Made by a program: the position numbers and the translations under genes. The notes under the pieces were generated by a model. It ran no database searches and had not been told where the DNA came from. It saw nothing but the letters and a program-made list of their open reading frames with translations. This document shows, one piece after another, positions 12,703 through 25,140 of a stretch of DNA of 64,000 nucleotides. Each line of letters starts with the position of its first letter. Within the stretch, counting starts at the first letter, position 1. This DNA is from Macrostomum hystrix (taxonomy: Eukaryota > Animalia > Platyhelminthes): positions 31,434,001 through 31,498,000 of the forward strand of contig CATNEN010000038.1 of the NCBI GenBank assembly GCA_950097015.1, written 5' to 3'.

Positions 12703-14900
12703 GGCTTTCGACAAAGTACTGAAATTAAGTTTAAAATTTTGGGCAGGTGATATATTTGAAAACGAAGAATTATCAAAAAGGAAATATTTTTTTCTAAAAT
12801 ATCATAGAATCATAGAATATTCATATTATAAATAAATAATACTTACACAGAAACATAATACATTATGCATACATTACATTATAAATCAAAATGCAATACT
12901 AATGTTTTATTTTGTTCTTATATATATTGAAGCATAATAACTAGTATACTAAGGCCATGGTATTCCTTAAGGGCATTTAAGAGAAATCAGAGACCATAGA
13001 CTATAGGCACCCTCTGATTTGCTATAAACACCCACAGAGCTCAGGGATTAAATTTACTGTGTTAAATACAAATTTGCCTCAGTAAGCCAACACAATTAAA
13101 CAATTTCAATTGTTTGAGACCTTTTCATAGCAATAATGGCTTTCAACTATCAGGAAAAAACTGGCATTAATGAATTAATCTACAATAGAGAAATAGAGAT
13201 AGATAGATAGAGAAATAGAAATGAAATAGAGAAAATAATACAACTGATACTGACTAGGACTAACAAGATTGTCAGTAGAAATAAGTAAATGGGTACAATT
13301 ATATAAAATAACCTAAGAACCTAAAGTTTGTGATTTAATATGATTCAATGTGATTCAAACTAGCTATGTTAATAAAAATGAAAACTGATTGTAGAGTCTA
13401 TATCAATCCAAAAAGATCACATTTGTCATCATAGCTAACTAGAAAAAATAAATTGATATACTTAACTTAGTTTTTTTGTTCCATAGTGGATATCTACAAT
13501 TAATTTCTGATTATTAATGTGGTTTACCAAGAAATTTGAAACACAGCTAATTTTAGCACAAACTTTCAACTCTAAACACATGCTAAAAGCCTAATGCTAC
13601 CGAAGTAGTGCGATTAGCTAAGTCAGGTTAAATATTAATGATTAAAAAGTATTCCGTAATGGTAACACAAGAGAAAAAATCGACCTCACTTGAAGTATAT
13701 TTATGCATACATTTCCTAGCACTAACGTCAGCTATAAAAGAAATCAAAGAAATGTGATTAAAATATAAACAACATTCAGTACAACAAGCAGAGCAACTTA
13801 AAAGAAAATCTAGTGGAAAATGAATTTTTTTAATAATAAGATTCACAGTACAAAGCGATTCAAAGAAACGTCCTCGCGAAAAAAACAATGCCCATAACTT
13901 TGTCACGCACGTCAGGTGGCAAGTCCTAGTCGACATCAAATAAATTTAAACTAGTGCTACGGCAGCTTTGTTTAGGGTTAAAACAACGAAAATTGTTTAT
14001 CGGTATGGAAAAGGCATTTTATTTGTTTTATTTACTTTTGAAATCTTAGCTTTAATAAATAAATTTTATTCCTCAAAGTAAGAGAATATTTTTTGTTCTG
14101 CAATACAGCGGGGCATAAATTTAACATGAAATAACTAAAATATTTTATATTTTCGCCACGTGAAAAACTTCTTTTACTGCTGGACTGGACGGTATTGTAA
14201 ATACAAATGGACACTGAAAGTCTGCGAATCACATATGAACTTGTATTTAAATATTGTTAATCTAGAGATAAAAAGTATTTAGTTTTTATAGCGAATTGAA
14301 TAGTCTTATGGCATTTTTGGTAAATTGTGAGATTATATTTATCGAATTGTCAGAACGCATAACGCCATAGCGCCTGACACTTTGCTACAAAAGCTCTACA
14401 GTAGTCTTTTTTATATTAATTTACTATTGTTTGATGGTATATCAACTTCTCGTCGCCTGGCTGCCATTTATAACTATGCTTAGGTTTTTTGTAAAATTCC
14501 AGACCAATGATTTGTACAACATATTGCTTCTTCAATTATAAAGCTTTTTGTCTGCTTGAATGTTCAAATATAAATTAATGTTTATTTAAAAAGTAGTTCG
14601 TAAGTTTTCAGTATTGGCTGGATACAATATAGCCTAAAATATTATTTTCACAATAAATTTTATTACAGCTTACCTCTTTAGTGTCTTAGGCTTGCCTTTG
14701 CTACATTTCAAGTAAAACTTTTATTATTTAATTTGGATTATATAAACTTTCTATTCTAATGAAACCTTTTAAACCTGCAATGTTTATGTAGTTTTTAATT
14801 TACAAACTACTTTAAAAGTGCAAACAGGTTTTACCTTTGCTACACTAATTCTATGGTTTAAGTTCTAGATAATATTTAATCTAATTAATGTATAATTTAG

Positions 14901-16113
14901 AATACAACACACTACAGGACTGGGTGTTACAATCGAATCAAAGATTGCCAGGCCAGTTAAGTGATGTCTCGACTTACGCAGCTAGCGAGACTTCTCTCTG
15001 CTGGTGCAGCCCGTCTGATGGCCGTCTAAAAGTACACGCGCACTTACCTGACAGACCCAAAGTTAGCGGGCTTCAGCTGATTGGCCATCGACGCCCGATA
15101 GCCTGCTTGGCTCTGACCAATCGGGTTGCGCCACGTCTTCTAGCTAGCCAGGCCGAGGATCACGTGACCCTATGGAATCTGGACGCCTGCGCGGAGAATG
15201 ACGCCCGCGGCGATCCAGTGGAGGGCTATAAGCGACTTGCCGTCGGAGCCCGAGTTGCTGACAGTCTCGCCTTCCTAGCTGATGCCCAGTACCTGGCCCT
15301 GGTCTATTCCAGGCGCGTACTTCTCCTGCCTCTGGATGACCGCAGTCATCGTCAGGATGACCGTTGTCATCGTCAGGATGACCATTCTACGGAAGGCATC
15401 TGGCTAGAAGGACATTCTACTCAGGTATGAGTCTGTTATTGTCTTATTAAAGACCCAGACACTAAGTTCTTCAGGGGCCTGAAAGCAGGAGCGCTGAGCA
15501 TCGTTGCCAAAAAAGTCCGCCTAAGTTAGTCGTTACTTTTTTAATTCTTTAACTTACTGAGAGATGTGCTGAACTGTGATAACTGATTTTGATAACTGAA
15601 AGATATACGAATTTTAGTTTTGCATAAAAAATTATTGATCATATTTCATAATTCTGTTGTTGTTCTCTGAAGAAAAAAATCGACTTTATATATAAATTAT
15701 ACGACTTTCTCAGCATATATTGACTATCCTAGGTTAATTTCGTCGGCGACTTGCCCGAAGGTCGTCTACTAACAATCTCCGACGATCGCACCTTCCAAGT
15801 TTGGCCTTGCCCGTCGAACAGTGATGACAAAGCCCTCCGACCTTGCCACCGGTCGGCTGTGCTTGGGCCGACTGCTTTAACCGCCGCTGCGGTGTCCGAG
15901 ACTGAGAGCCTGCTGTTTCTCGGATCTGCTGCGGGTCGATTGACTGTCGTGAATTTGCAGGTCGGCGGCGACTATCGAGAATTGGCCCGGTGCAGCTTGG
16001 CGGGCTCTGGCGATACGGCCGCCTCCATCGGGCGGGGGCCAGCCATCAGCGCCGAGTCTGGGGCTGCCGTGGCTGCCCTTGGATTGGCGCAGGTCTGTCT
16101 GTCTGCCTGTCTA

Positions 16114-16202
<89 letters not shown>

Positions 16203-16287
16203 ATGTCTGTCTGTCTGTCTGCCTGTCTGTCTGTCTGTCTGTCTGTCTGTCTGCCTGTCTGTCTGTCTGTCTGTCTGTCTGCCTGCC

Positions 16288-16356
<69 letters not shown>

Positions 16357-16367
16357 GCCTGTCTGCC

Positions 16368-16408
<41 letters not shown>

Positions 16409-19400
16409 GCCTGTCTGCCTGTCTGCCTGTCTCTCTGTCTGTCTGTCTGCCTGTCTGTCTGTCCTTGTGTCTGTATGTCATTGTGTCTGTCTGTCATTGT
16501 GTCTGTCTGTCTTTTCTGTATGTCTGTCTGTCCATATTTTCTCTGTCTGTCTGTCAGACAACTACCTATCTATCTGTAACCACTTGTGCAGTCCTCAAGT
16601 GGCTTCGGTCTCACCTGGTGGTGTCTCCTGGCAGTGACAGCAACCGGTCTACATCTGGTAAACGCGGCCTCGCTTCAACGCTTAAGATTCATCGCATTCG
16701 CTGATGCTCTAAAAAACAGCGGCGTCGGCAGTTTGATCTGCGAACGCGCCATCATGACGTCCTGCCACCTGAGCAGCAGTCTCCCTGTTCGAAAACGTCC
16801 GAAAGGAGAAGTAGATGACGTCGACGATGTCGAAGAGGCCTTCAATATATTTGCAGCCGATGCGAATGTCGGAAGTTCGGAAAATGGCGGTAGAATTATC
16901 AGTTTACTGTGCAGACCAACTAGTCCAGACAATGACCTGCGTGCTGGCCACGGTAACATCTTGGAGGGCTTCTCGGCAACCGCGCCACTGAATCCGGAGT
17001 CGCCATTGGCAACGGTGATGTCCCATTCATCCAAGAATGAACCGACCAGCTCGAGTAGCTCGCCTGCTAGAGCTAGAGAGACAATATTTTCCAGTGAGTG
17101 TTTCTGCACCTTAAGCAGATAGATTTATGTTTTCGTTAGGCGTATGTAAGAATTCGTTAAAAACTCCATATTGAAAAGTTTGTATAAACTAAAGGCACTA
17201 CTATTCAGTAGTAAAAAAAGAAAAATGTGAGAAAAACGTTTTTAAATATGTATCAAATAGTAAGTATACTTTTCACAAAGGCTGGGAATCGAACTCACGA
17301 CCTCTAACCATTCGGCTACAAAATACCTCAGAAAATAACATTCACAGGAGGGCTGCGGGAAGTGGAAGTGGACTCAAAGCATGCAGAGCCATCTGTGAAG
17401 GAAGGACCCGCGTTTTTTTATCTTAGCTACCCCTGATTGCGAAAAATGTAGAATTTGTGAAACGGTGTCCAATAGCTCCAACGAGACATCGTTTTTCTTC
17501 TTTGTGGTTCCCAAAAAAATGCAAAGAAATTTTGTTGCCATGCCTTTAAATGGTAAGCGAGAGAGATTTAGGCTTAAAACCTCTTTTTTGATTTTTTTAA
17601 TAAAAGGACAGCAAGAATGAGATTGTTTTTCCAAAATTAGGATTTTGGGATAAAATAGTCTGGCAGAGAAAATTCCGATAAGAACAGATACAACTAGAGA
17701 TGAAGGAAATTACAGGAAATGAGTGAGAGGAAATGACAGGAAATAAGGGAGAAGAAATGACAGGAAATAAGGGAGAGGAAATGACAGGAAATAAGGGAGA
17801 GGAAATTACAGGAAATAAGGGAGAGGAAATGACAGGAAATAAAGGAGAGGAAATGACAGGAAATGACAGGAAATAAGGGAGAGGAAATGACAGGAAATAA
17901 GGGAGAGGAAATGACAGGAAATAGGGGAGAGGAAATTACAGGAAATAGGGGAGAGGAAATTACAGGAAATGACAGGAAGTCACTTCTATTCCTTATTTGC
18001 AAAACCGTTTACCAACGTAGGCAAAACCTACGGTGGATTGAACAAGCAGGGCAAGATTGAGGCCAGTCAACCTGTGACATTTCGTAGCAAAATCAAATCG
18101 TCAGGATACGGTGTCAGGTATGTTTTGTTTGTGATCCCAATCTAAATTATGTGATTAATGCTTGGATAACAAAAATCAAATGTTCCACAAAATTAGGACT
18201 TTGGTGACCGGTAAATCCCAAAGATCCTGACCTAGATCCCTGAAATCTAGAAAAGTCCCGACTCAGGTTTCTAGGAAATTCAAAGAATCCTGACAAAAAA
18301 TCCCGAGGAATGTCCTGAAAATCCCGACATTGGCTCTAAATAGATCCCAAATATCCCGGAATATGACCCAAAAAACGCAATAATCCCTATTCCGGTCCGT
18401 AGAAAATCCCAAAAGATAAAGACTTAGATCGCAAAAATTCCGAAATTAAAAAAAAAGTTATAAAAATCCCGACTTAGTTCCCCTAGAAATCCCAAAGATC
18501 TGGATATTTATCCCATTAAAACTTGAAATATCCCGGTTTGAATAAATCAGGAGCTCAAATCCAAAATTCAAAATCCAAAGTCGAAGTTCCGGTAAAATCC
18601 TAAAAAGGATTCCACAGTTACTATGTCCTGATCCCAATTTTCCATCTTGGTTTAGCTCCGCCGGCTCTGCAAAGCCGTCAAACTTCAAAAGGCAGGCGCC
18701 AATGAAGCCGCCTTCGATTACAACGTCGTCTTTGTCGTCAGCTTCGGCAACAAAAGTTGGCGCTCTTCACCAGCTTCTGCTACGACAGGCCGGCGCCAAC
18801 GCCGACTCCTCGATGCCACCGTCGCGCATCTCTGCGTCGATTCGTCCGACAGACGCCGGCGCCAGTCATTCGGTGTCGCGCCTGCGCGTCCTTCCCGCCT
18901 GCCGACCCGGCGGTCTCGTCCTCTGCGGCGCCGCCAACGGTGCGGCCTACCTACTGGAGGGAGCCAATCCTGGAGGGTCGGGCTTGGTCGAACGCCGCAA
19001 CGGGCCTCAGCTGGCTGCGGGCGGAGTTGGCGGTGGCGGCATCGGCGGCAGTCCGGTCGCCTGCGACTGCAGCCTCAATGGCGACCGTCTGCTGACTGCC
19101 AACGCTGATGGCACCTGTCGAATGTGGAATTTAGCCACCGGTCGGCAACTGTTTGAAGTGACCGAACAGTTAAAAGCTGTTGCGTCAAAGAAAACTGGGC
19201 ATTGTAAGCAGAGGTTGCAACCTCTATGAAAACAATCATAAAAATATTTGTGGGAGAGCTGCGGACATTGGCACATCATTTGGTGACAGTAGTCCAGCAG
19301 CCAGCGAGGAGGCAATTCTGCCCATTTCGCTGACTAAAGTTCTGTATACCTGCCCTGACTTTCTCATTGTCAGGCAAGGCAAACTTTCACTGTGCCATGA

Positions 19401-21527
19401 AGTTTGGGCCTTAAGGGCGTAAATTGTACGACAGGCCCCTAAGTCTTCAGTTGTGCTTCAGTTTTAGCTGAAGAATCAGAGGATTCAGGTAGTTGTGCTT
19501 CAGTTTCAGCTGAAGAATCGGAGGATTCAGGTAGTTGTGCTTCAGTTTCAGCTGAAGAATCGGAGGATTCAGGTAGTTGTGCTTCAGTTTCAGCTGAAGA
19601 ATCAGAGGATTCAGGTAGTTGTGCTTCAGTTTCAGCTGAAGAATCAGAGGATTCAGGTAGTTGTGTTTCAGTTTTAGCTGAAGAATCAGAGGATTCAGGT
19701 AGTTGTGCTTCAGTTTCAGCTGAAGAATCAGAGGATTCAGGTAGTTGTGTTTCAGTTTCAGCTGAAGAATCGGAGGATTCAGGTAGTTGTGTTTCAGTTT
19801 TAGCTGAAGAATCAGAGGATTCAGGTAGTTGTGTTTCAGTTTTAGATCAAGAATCGGAGGATTCAGGTAGTTGTGCTTCAGTTTCAGCTGAAGAATCAGA
19901 GGATTCAGGTAGTTGTGCTTCAGTTTCAGCTGAAGAATCAGAGGATTCAGGTAGTTGTGTTTCAGTTTTAGCTGAAGAATCAGAGGATTCAGGTAGTTGT
20001 GCTTCAGTTTCAGCTGAAGAATCAGAGGATTCAGGTAGTTGTGCTTCAGTTTCAGCTGAAGAATCAGAGGATTCAGGTAGTTGTGTTTCAGTTTCAGCTA
20101 AAGAATCAGAAGATTCAGGTAGTTGTGCTTCAGTTTCAGCTGAAGAATCAGAGGATTCAGGTAGTTGTGTTTCAGTTTCAGCTGAAGAATCAGAGGATTC
20201 AGGTAGTTGTGTTTCAGTTTCAGCTGAAGAATCAGAGGATTCAGGTAGTTTTGTTTCAGTTTTAGATGAAGAATCAGAGGATTCAGGTAGTTGTGCTTCA
20301 GTTTCAGCTGAAGAATCAGAGGATTCAGGTAGTTGTGCTTCAGTTTCAGCTGAAGAATCAGAGGATTCAGGTAGTTTTGTTTCAGTTTCAGCTGAAGAAT
20401 CAGAGGATTCAGGTAGTTGTGTTTCAGTTTCAGCTGAAGAATCGGAGGATTCAGCTAGTTATGCTCCAGCATCGTCACCTCCTCAACCCGCAGCATCGGC
20501 CAGTCAGCAGCTGCGGAATCGGCAGTCGGAGCTTACTCACGCGCAGTTCTACTTTCTGGACAAATTTATTATTCTAGCCCTGGGTAATAGGATTCGCCTG
20601 TGCGTCTATCGCCTCACCTCCGGCTCCGAGAAGCGAGACGACGTCAAGACCTACAACGCGACGGGTGGTCGATGCAAGCTGGCGCACTGCATCGAGGTCC
20701 CCGAGTGCCAGCAGGTGACAGCCTGCAGCGCGTTGAATTCCGCGCACTCCTATAGAATCCTGGCCGCCTGCTCTGATCGCGTTGTTCGATTGTTCGATTT
20801 GAATTCGCGCCAACCGAACTGCTTGGCAACCTACGCCGAGGCTGACGACTCCTCGACAACATCCTATGCGGCCCTCGCCGGTGCCGGGTGGACATTCTTG
20901 ACTGTGGCGAAGGGCGGCCCAGTGAAGCTGTGGGATCTGCGAGTTGGCACTGGGTGAGTCTGGTTGGGAGATAAATTCGGTATTTTTAATTAGAGGCGCG
21001 TGTGAAATCCCATGTCTTTCTCATGAGCCACTCTCATATATTTCTCATCAGCCACTCTCATATCTTTCTCATTAGCCACTCTCATATCTTTCTCATCAGC
21101 CACTCTCATATGTTTCTCATCAGCCACTCTCATATATTTCTCATCAGCCACTCTCATATCTTTCTCATGAGCCACTCTCATATGTTTCTCATCAGCCACT
21201 CTCATATGTTTCTCATCGGCCACTTCTTCATCCCGAACCGAAGTCTCCCCGCGCGGTTCCCGCAGTCCGGTATCAGCCACCCACCTCCGCGTCAGCGGCT
21301 CCGTCCGCTCCGGCCTCAGTCTTCGCGCCGGCTGCGGCGACGCCTCCGACGGCTTCGCCTGCGGCGCCGAAGATCGTCGGGCTCTATTCTACGATGCCAG
21401 AAATCTTAGCCGGCCAGTCGGCGAGGTGACCGGCTTCACCGACTGTGTAACAGCCATCGACTGTCGATCGGACACCGGCGTCTGCGTTGTCGGCACCAAT
21501 GACGGATCTGTCTGCCTGCTGGACTGA
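14901..21527 (+). CDS. WDR27: WD repeat-containing protein 27-like (start codon unresolved)
   Basis: Phase-consistent exons 14901-15424, 15733-16092, 16592-17093, 18021-18117, 18656-19203, 20470-20953, 21266-21527. WD motifs plus WDR27-type segments QPVTFRSKIKSSGY, AQFYFLDKFIIL..DDVKTY, FACGAEDR. Confidence 0.85.
16093..16560. repeat. (GTCT)n microsatellite filling a WDR27 intron
   Basis: Begins exactly at the donor CAG|GTCTGT. Confidence 0.97.
17700..17978. repeat. 24-bp purine-rich minisatellite (GGGAGAGGAAATGACAGGAAATAA)
   Basis: Tandem units visible. Confidence 0.93.
19245..19440 (-). mobile_element. SINE family A, partial copy
   Basis: Reverse-complement match to the SINE A 3' half. 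Confidence 0.75.
19445..20465. repeat. 39-bp minisatellite (CAGCTGAAGAATCAGAGGATTCAGGTAGTTGTGCTTCAGTTT-like)
   Basis: About 26 tandem units ending at the acceptor of a WDR27 exon. Confidence 0.96.
21015..21225. repeat. 27-bp minisatellite (TCTCATCAGCCACTCTCATAT..)
   Basis: Tandem units in the last WDR27 intron. Confidence 0.92.
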
Positions 21528-21569
21528 TCTTTCGGGACAGATTAGCTTCTCGGAGCATGTGAAGGCTTA

Positions 21570-21710
21570 GAATACGGCTGTTCAGTCCATGGACTGGGGG
21601 GACGCCACACCCACCCTCAATTACCCCACCAGATGCTGGTACTCATTTAACAGCAGGCTGAAATGAAGCAATGGATAGTAACTCTAACGTCTAACCACTA
21701 GGCTACAACC
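21570..21710 (-). mobile_element. SINE family B, partial copy
   Basis: Reverse complement of GTACCAGCATC..GGGTGTGGCGTC..CCCAGTCCATGGACTGAACAGC. Confidence 0.75.
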
Positions 21711-22511
21711 CTTTAAGTACAAACTGCAACAAATCTTTATTTAAACCTTCGATCAAGACAAAGGTTTTTTATTTCGAAAAAACATGAATACTTTCATGAT
21801 GCCATCTGAGTGCGCGTTCTCTGTTTGTAAGAAAAGAATAAAACGATTCGAGAAAATTTTTGCCTAATAGTTTAGCCTAAAAGAATAAAACTTTCAAAAG
21901 TCTAAGACTTTTAACAGAAGCAAGAATAGTGCAAATTTTATACCTTTAAATGTTTATAATGAACTTTCAGGGCACCCATTTTCGTACTAGTTTAAAAAAT
22001 CGTACAGTTAAAAAACTGCAAGTGTGATTAAACAAGAAATTTTTATTAATTGCTTTGCGAAACTTGCTTCAAAAAAGCAGTATATTGTTGCTTGCCTTGC
22101 CAATGAACTTTTTAAAGTAAAATAAAAAGAGGAATTATAACAAAAATAGAATTTAATTGCTCATTCCTGTGCTTTCTCTTTTGTTTTATCGCCATCAATT
22201 CAGCGTCATTTAAATCGTCTTATGAACTACTCGTAGATTGCACAAAATTTGTATAATATTTCTCTTGTAGTATTTTATTCGCGTGCGTAAAAAGAAGTTT
22301 TTTTATAAAATCACAAAGATTTTTTATATTAAATTTGAATCACGTTAAACCTAAATTTCTACGGACAAGCAAAAAATTTCCGGAAAAACGTTAGGGCAAG
22401 TAAAAGATTTCAGGTCTTATCTCTGCAGTTGGCAAATTTATTATTTGAACATTGCCCTTAATATTTACTCCAATTATCCTGTTTTCTCTGTTCAAAGTTT
22501 AATTTTCAGTT

Positions 22512-22873
22512 CTAGCCAAGCGGACATGCGCGATGGTCGTAGAGCCGGCATCTTTTGCTCATCAGAATCTCCATCGCGGCTTCAAACCATCTCGGCCCCT
22601 GCTGCACCGTCTGGTCGAGCCGAGGCGTTGTTGCTTCCGTTTGAGAAACCGTCTTTGACTTCGTAGCTAGAATTTCTGAAAGTTGAAAATGGAATGAAAC
22701 ATGAGTCTAATAATCTTAAACATTTTAGAAAGAATAAAACAAAAAAACGCACTGATTTGATTTTTTTTATCCAACAGCAGATCATTCTTGTTTCCGATAC
22801 TCATCGATCTAGTTGATAGTGGCAACAGCAGAATTGCAGCACTGAGTAGTAGGAAGCGAATTTTAATCGACAT
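22512..22873 (-). CDS. Neuropeptide-like prepropeptide B (91 aa; predicted mature CRLYDHRACPLG)
   Basis: Exon 22873-22753 (MSIKIRFLLLSAAILLLPLSTRS.. signal-like; donor A|gtgcgt), 86-bp phase-1 intron, exon 22666-22512 ending ..EILMSKR-CRLYDHRACPLG-stop. Confidence 0.88.
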
Positions 22874-22953
22874 ATTTAAACGCGATCTAGCCGAAAAGGC
22901 GAAAAATTCTTCCTCGATTCTCCACAGCTTATTTCCCGGTGTGTTGCGAATGA

Positions 22954-22960
22954 TTTTATA
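22954..22960 (-). promoter_or_regulatory. Candidate TATA box of prepropeptide B
   Basis: TATAAAA about 80 bp upstream of the ATG; the paralog has one at a similar position. Confidence 0.45.
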
Positions 22961-23572
22961 GACAAATTTTTCCGTTTTTTTGCTAATTTGAGAACACAAG
23001 CGGATTTTTCTGCTCATTGGCTGGAAAACATTTCTTAAATAACCTAGCTTCGTTGCTCCTTCATGTGGTTGGCAGTCTTCTCTTTTTGAGGCAATTTTTG
23101 TCTCCATTTTCAAACGCGCCAAATGAGGCGATGGGTCCGTGTGGACCCCTTAGAAATAGGAAGCCTAAAATTGTTTGTTCTGCTCACTCAATGTTAAAGA
23201 AATAAGAAACAGGATTGCTATTTTTCTTCCATTTGCGACTGCAGCTAACGAAAGTCACAATTATTTGGAAGTGAAATGAGTTTTGCTATTGTCACAAACC
23301 GAAACCGGTTTTCGCGAGTTAGCGTAAGTTATTTTAAATTAACAAAATTCAAATTTTTCAAACCAAAAAGTTGACGGAGCTTTGTTGACAGCACTTTGGT
23401 TAAGACTTAACAGAAGTTGGTAAAAGTACTATTTATGTACTAAAATCAATAAAATATAATTAATTTACTAGATGACGAAAAAATAAGATTTACTAAAATT
23501 AGATTTTGTAAGCGCGCTTAACATGGTGTTGGATGATATTTTTGTTAGCTTTTCGTTTTAAATGTTTCCAAT

Positions 23573-24145
23573 CTAGCCAACCGGACAGGCCCGGTGGTCG
23601 TACATGCGGCAGCGTTTATCGATGCTTTCTAGAAGTTCCGTGTCTGTCAGCTCCTGCAGTGTTTCATAACCATCACCTGCTGGCAAGGTTGAAAAGATTT
23701 CAAGATTTGAAAGGCGCCGTTTGCCTCCAGCTCAGCAACAAAGATCCTGAGCTCGATCCCGCGGCGAGGTCACTTTAATTTGGGGCGCAGCCGCGGAGAG
23801 AAGGCTTTGGGGGCTTATCGTGCAATTTACGCCCTTAAGGGTCAACCTTTATGGCACAGTGAGAGTGTACACTGACTGACGATGAGAAAGTCAGGGCAGA
23901 TGTCATGTCTTTATTGTGTGCTCAGGAAGTCAGCGGTTCCACTTCCACTGTTATGAATGTGCCATTGCCCACAGCCCTCCAGCAAATATTAAAACAAGCA
24001 TTTTTAGCAGCTCAATAAACGCATCTTCCTCACCTACAGCAGCAGTGTCTGGCAGGGCTTCTTCGTTGGCAGTCAACGGCAAGCCAGACAAAGTTGATGC
24101 CAGTAAAATGTTTAATAACACTGTTAGCAAGAGATGTTGATCCAT
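23573..24145 (-). CDS. Neuropeptide-like prepropeptide A (71-72 aa; predicted mature CRMYDHRACPVG)
   Basis: Exon 24145-24034 (MDQHLLLTVLLNILLASTLSG.. signal-like; donor G|gtgagg), phase-1 intron, exon 23679(or 23676)-23573: (A)GDGYETLQELTDTELLESIDKR-CRMYDHRACPVG-stop. Confidence 0.9.
23715..23990 (+). mobile_element. SINE family A copy inside the intron of prepropeptide A
   Basis: CCTGAGCTCGATCC..GGGGCGCAGCCGCGGAGAG..GAGAAAGTCAGGGCAG..CAGCCCTCC matches the copy at 31303-31660. Confidence 0.8.
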
Positions 24146-24207
24146 TCTTGAATCTTGTCGCTAAGAGAGTGTGTGCGAATCTGTCTTCTGCTTTCTATTT
24201 TCGCGCC

Positions 24208-24215
24208 TTTATATA
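24208..24215 (-). promoter_or_regulatory. Candidate TATA box of prepropeptide A
   Basis: TATATAAA about 63 bp upstream of the ATG. Confidence 0.5.
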
Positions 24216-24549
24216 GCCTAGTCAAGATTTTGTTTAACTTCAATCAGAAAAAAATGTCTGAGAGAAAAATGCAAAAAACATCAATGACTGGAGCCGAAGT
24301 ATTTCGATAAACAGGCCAATTTTCTTTTGAGGCAATTCAACGAACAATTACCTTTAGCTTCAAAATTCCAAACTAAAAGGCCTTATCCAAAATTGCTCAC
24401 ATTCTGACAACAGCAAATTTGGTCTTCTGTTGTGAGAACTGTGGGGTAATTAAAAAAACTTTGACCTCCAATAATGATTAGGACAACAACAGTCAACTCA
24501 AAATGAATTTCGATAGAAGAAAACGCATAGCCGGAGAAGAATCCTCGGG

Positions 24550-25056
24550 CAGACGACTCATTGGGAAGAAGACTCAATGGGAAGAAGACTGATTGGGAAG
24601 AATACTCATTGGACAGAAGACTCATTGGGAAGAAGACTGATTGGGAAGAAGACTCATTGGGAAGAAGACTCATTGGGAAGAAGACTCATTGGGAAGAAGA
24701 CAGACTCATTAAGAAGAAGACTCATTGGGAAGAAGACAGACTCATTAAGAAGAAGACTCATTGGGAAGAAGACAGACTCATTGGGAAGAAGACTCATTGG
24801 GAAGAAGACTCATTGGGAAGAAGACTCATTGGGAAGAAGACAGACTCATTGGGAAGAAGACTCATTGGGAAGAAGACAGACTCATTGGGAAGAAGACAGA
24901 CTCATTGGGAAGAAGACAGACTCATTGGGAAGAAGACAGACTCATCGGGAAGAAGACAGACTCATTGGGAAGAAGACAGACTCATTAAGAAGAAGACTCA
25001 TTGGGAAGAAAACTCATTGGGAAGAAGACAGACTCATTGGGAAGAAGACTCACTAG

Positions 25057-25058
<2 letters not shown>
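24550..25058. repeat. 16/20-bp minisatellite GACTCATTGGGAAGAA(GACA)
   Basis: Tandem units visible. Confidence 0.95.

Positions 25059-25140
<82 letters not shown>
25059..25140. repeat. (GATA)n microsatellite; a shorter tract lies at 27888-27907
   Basis: The two tracts flank the Penelope-like element. Confidence 0.95.

Noticed and set aside
19445-20465. CRISPR-like appearance of 24-39-bp repeat arrays
   Set aside because: Head-to-tail units with no unique spacers, no cas genes, eukaryotic intron context.
23951-24145. Unspliced 64-aa ORF as the real product
   Set aside because: Its C-terminus runs through intron and antisense SINE; the spliced form matches the paralog.
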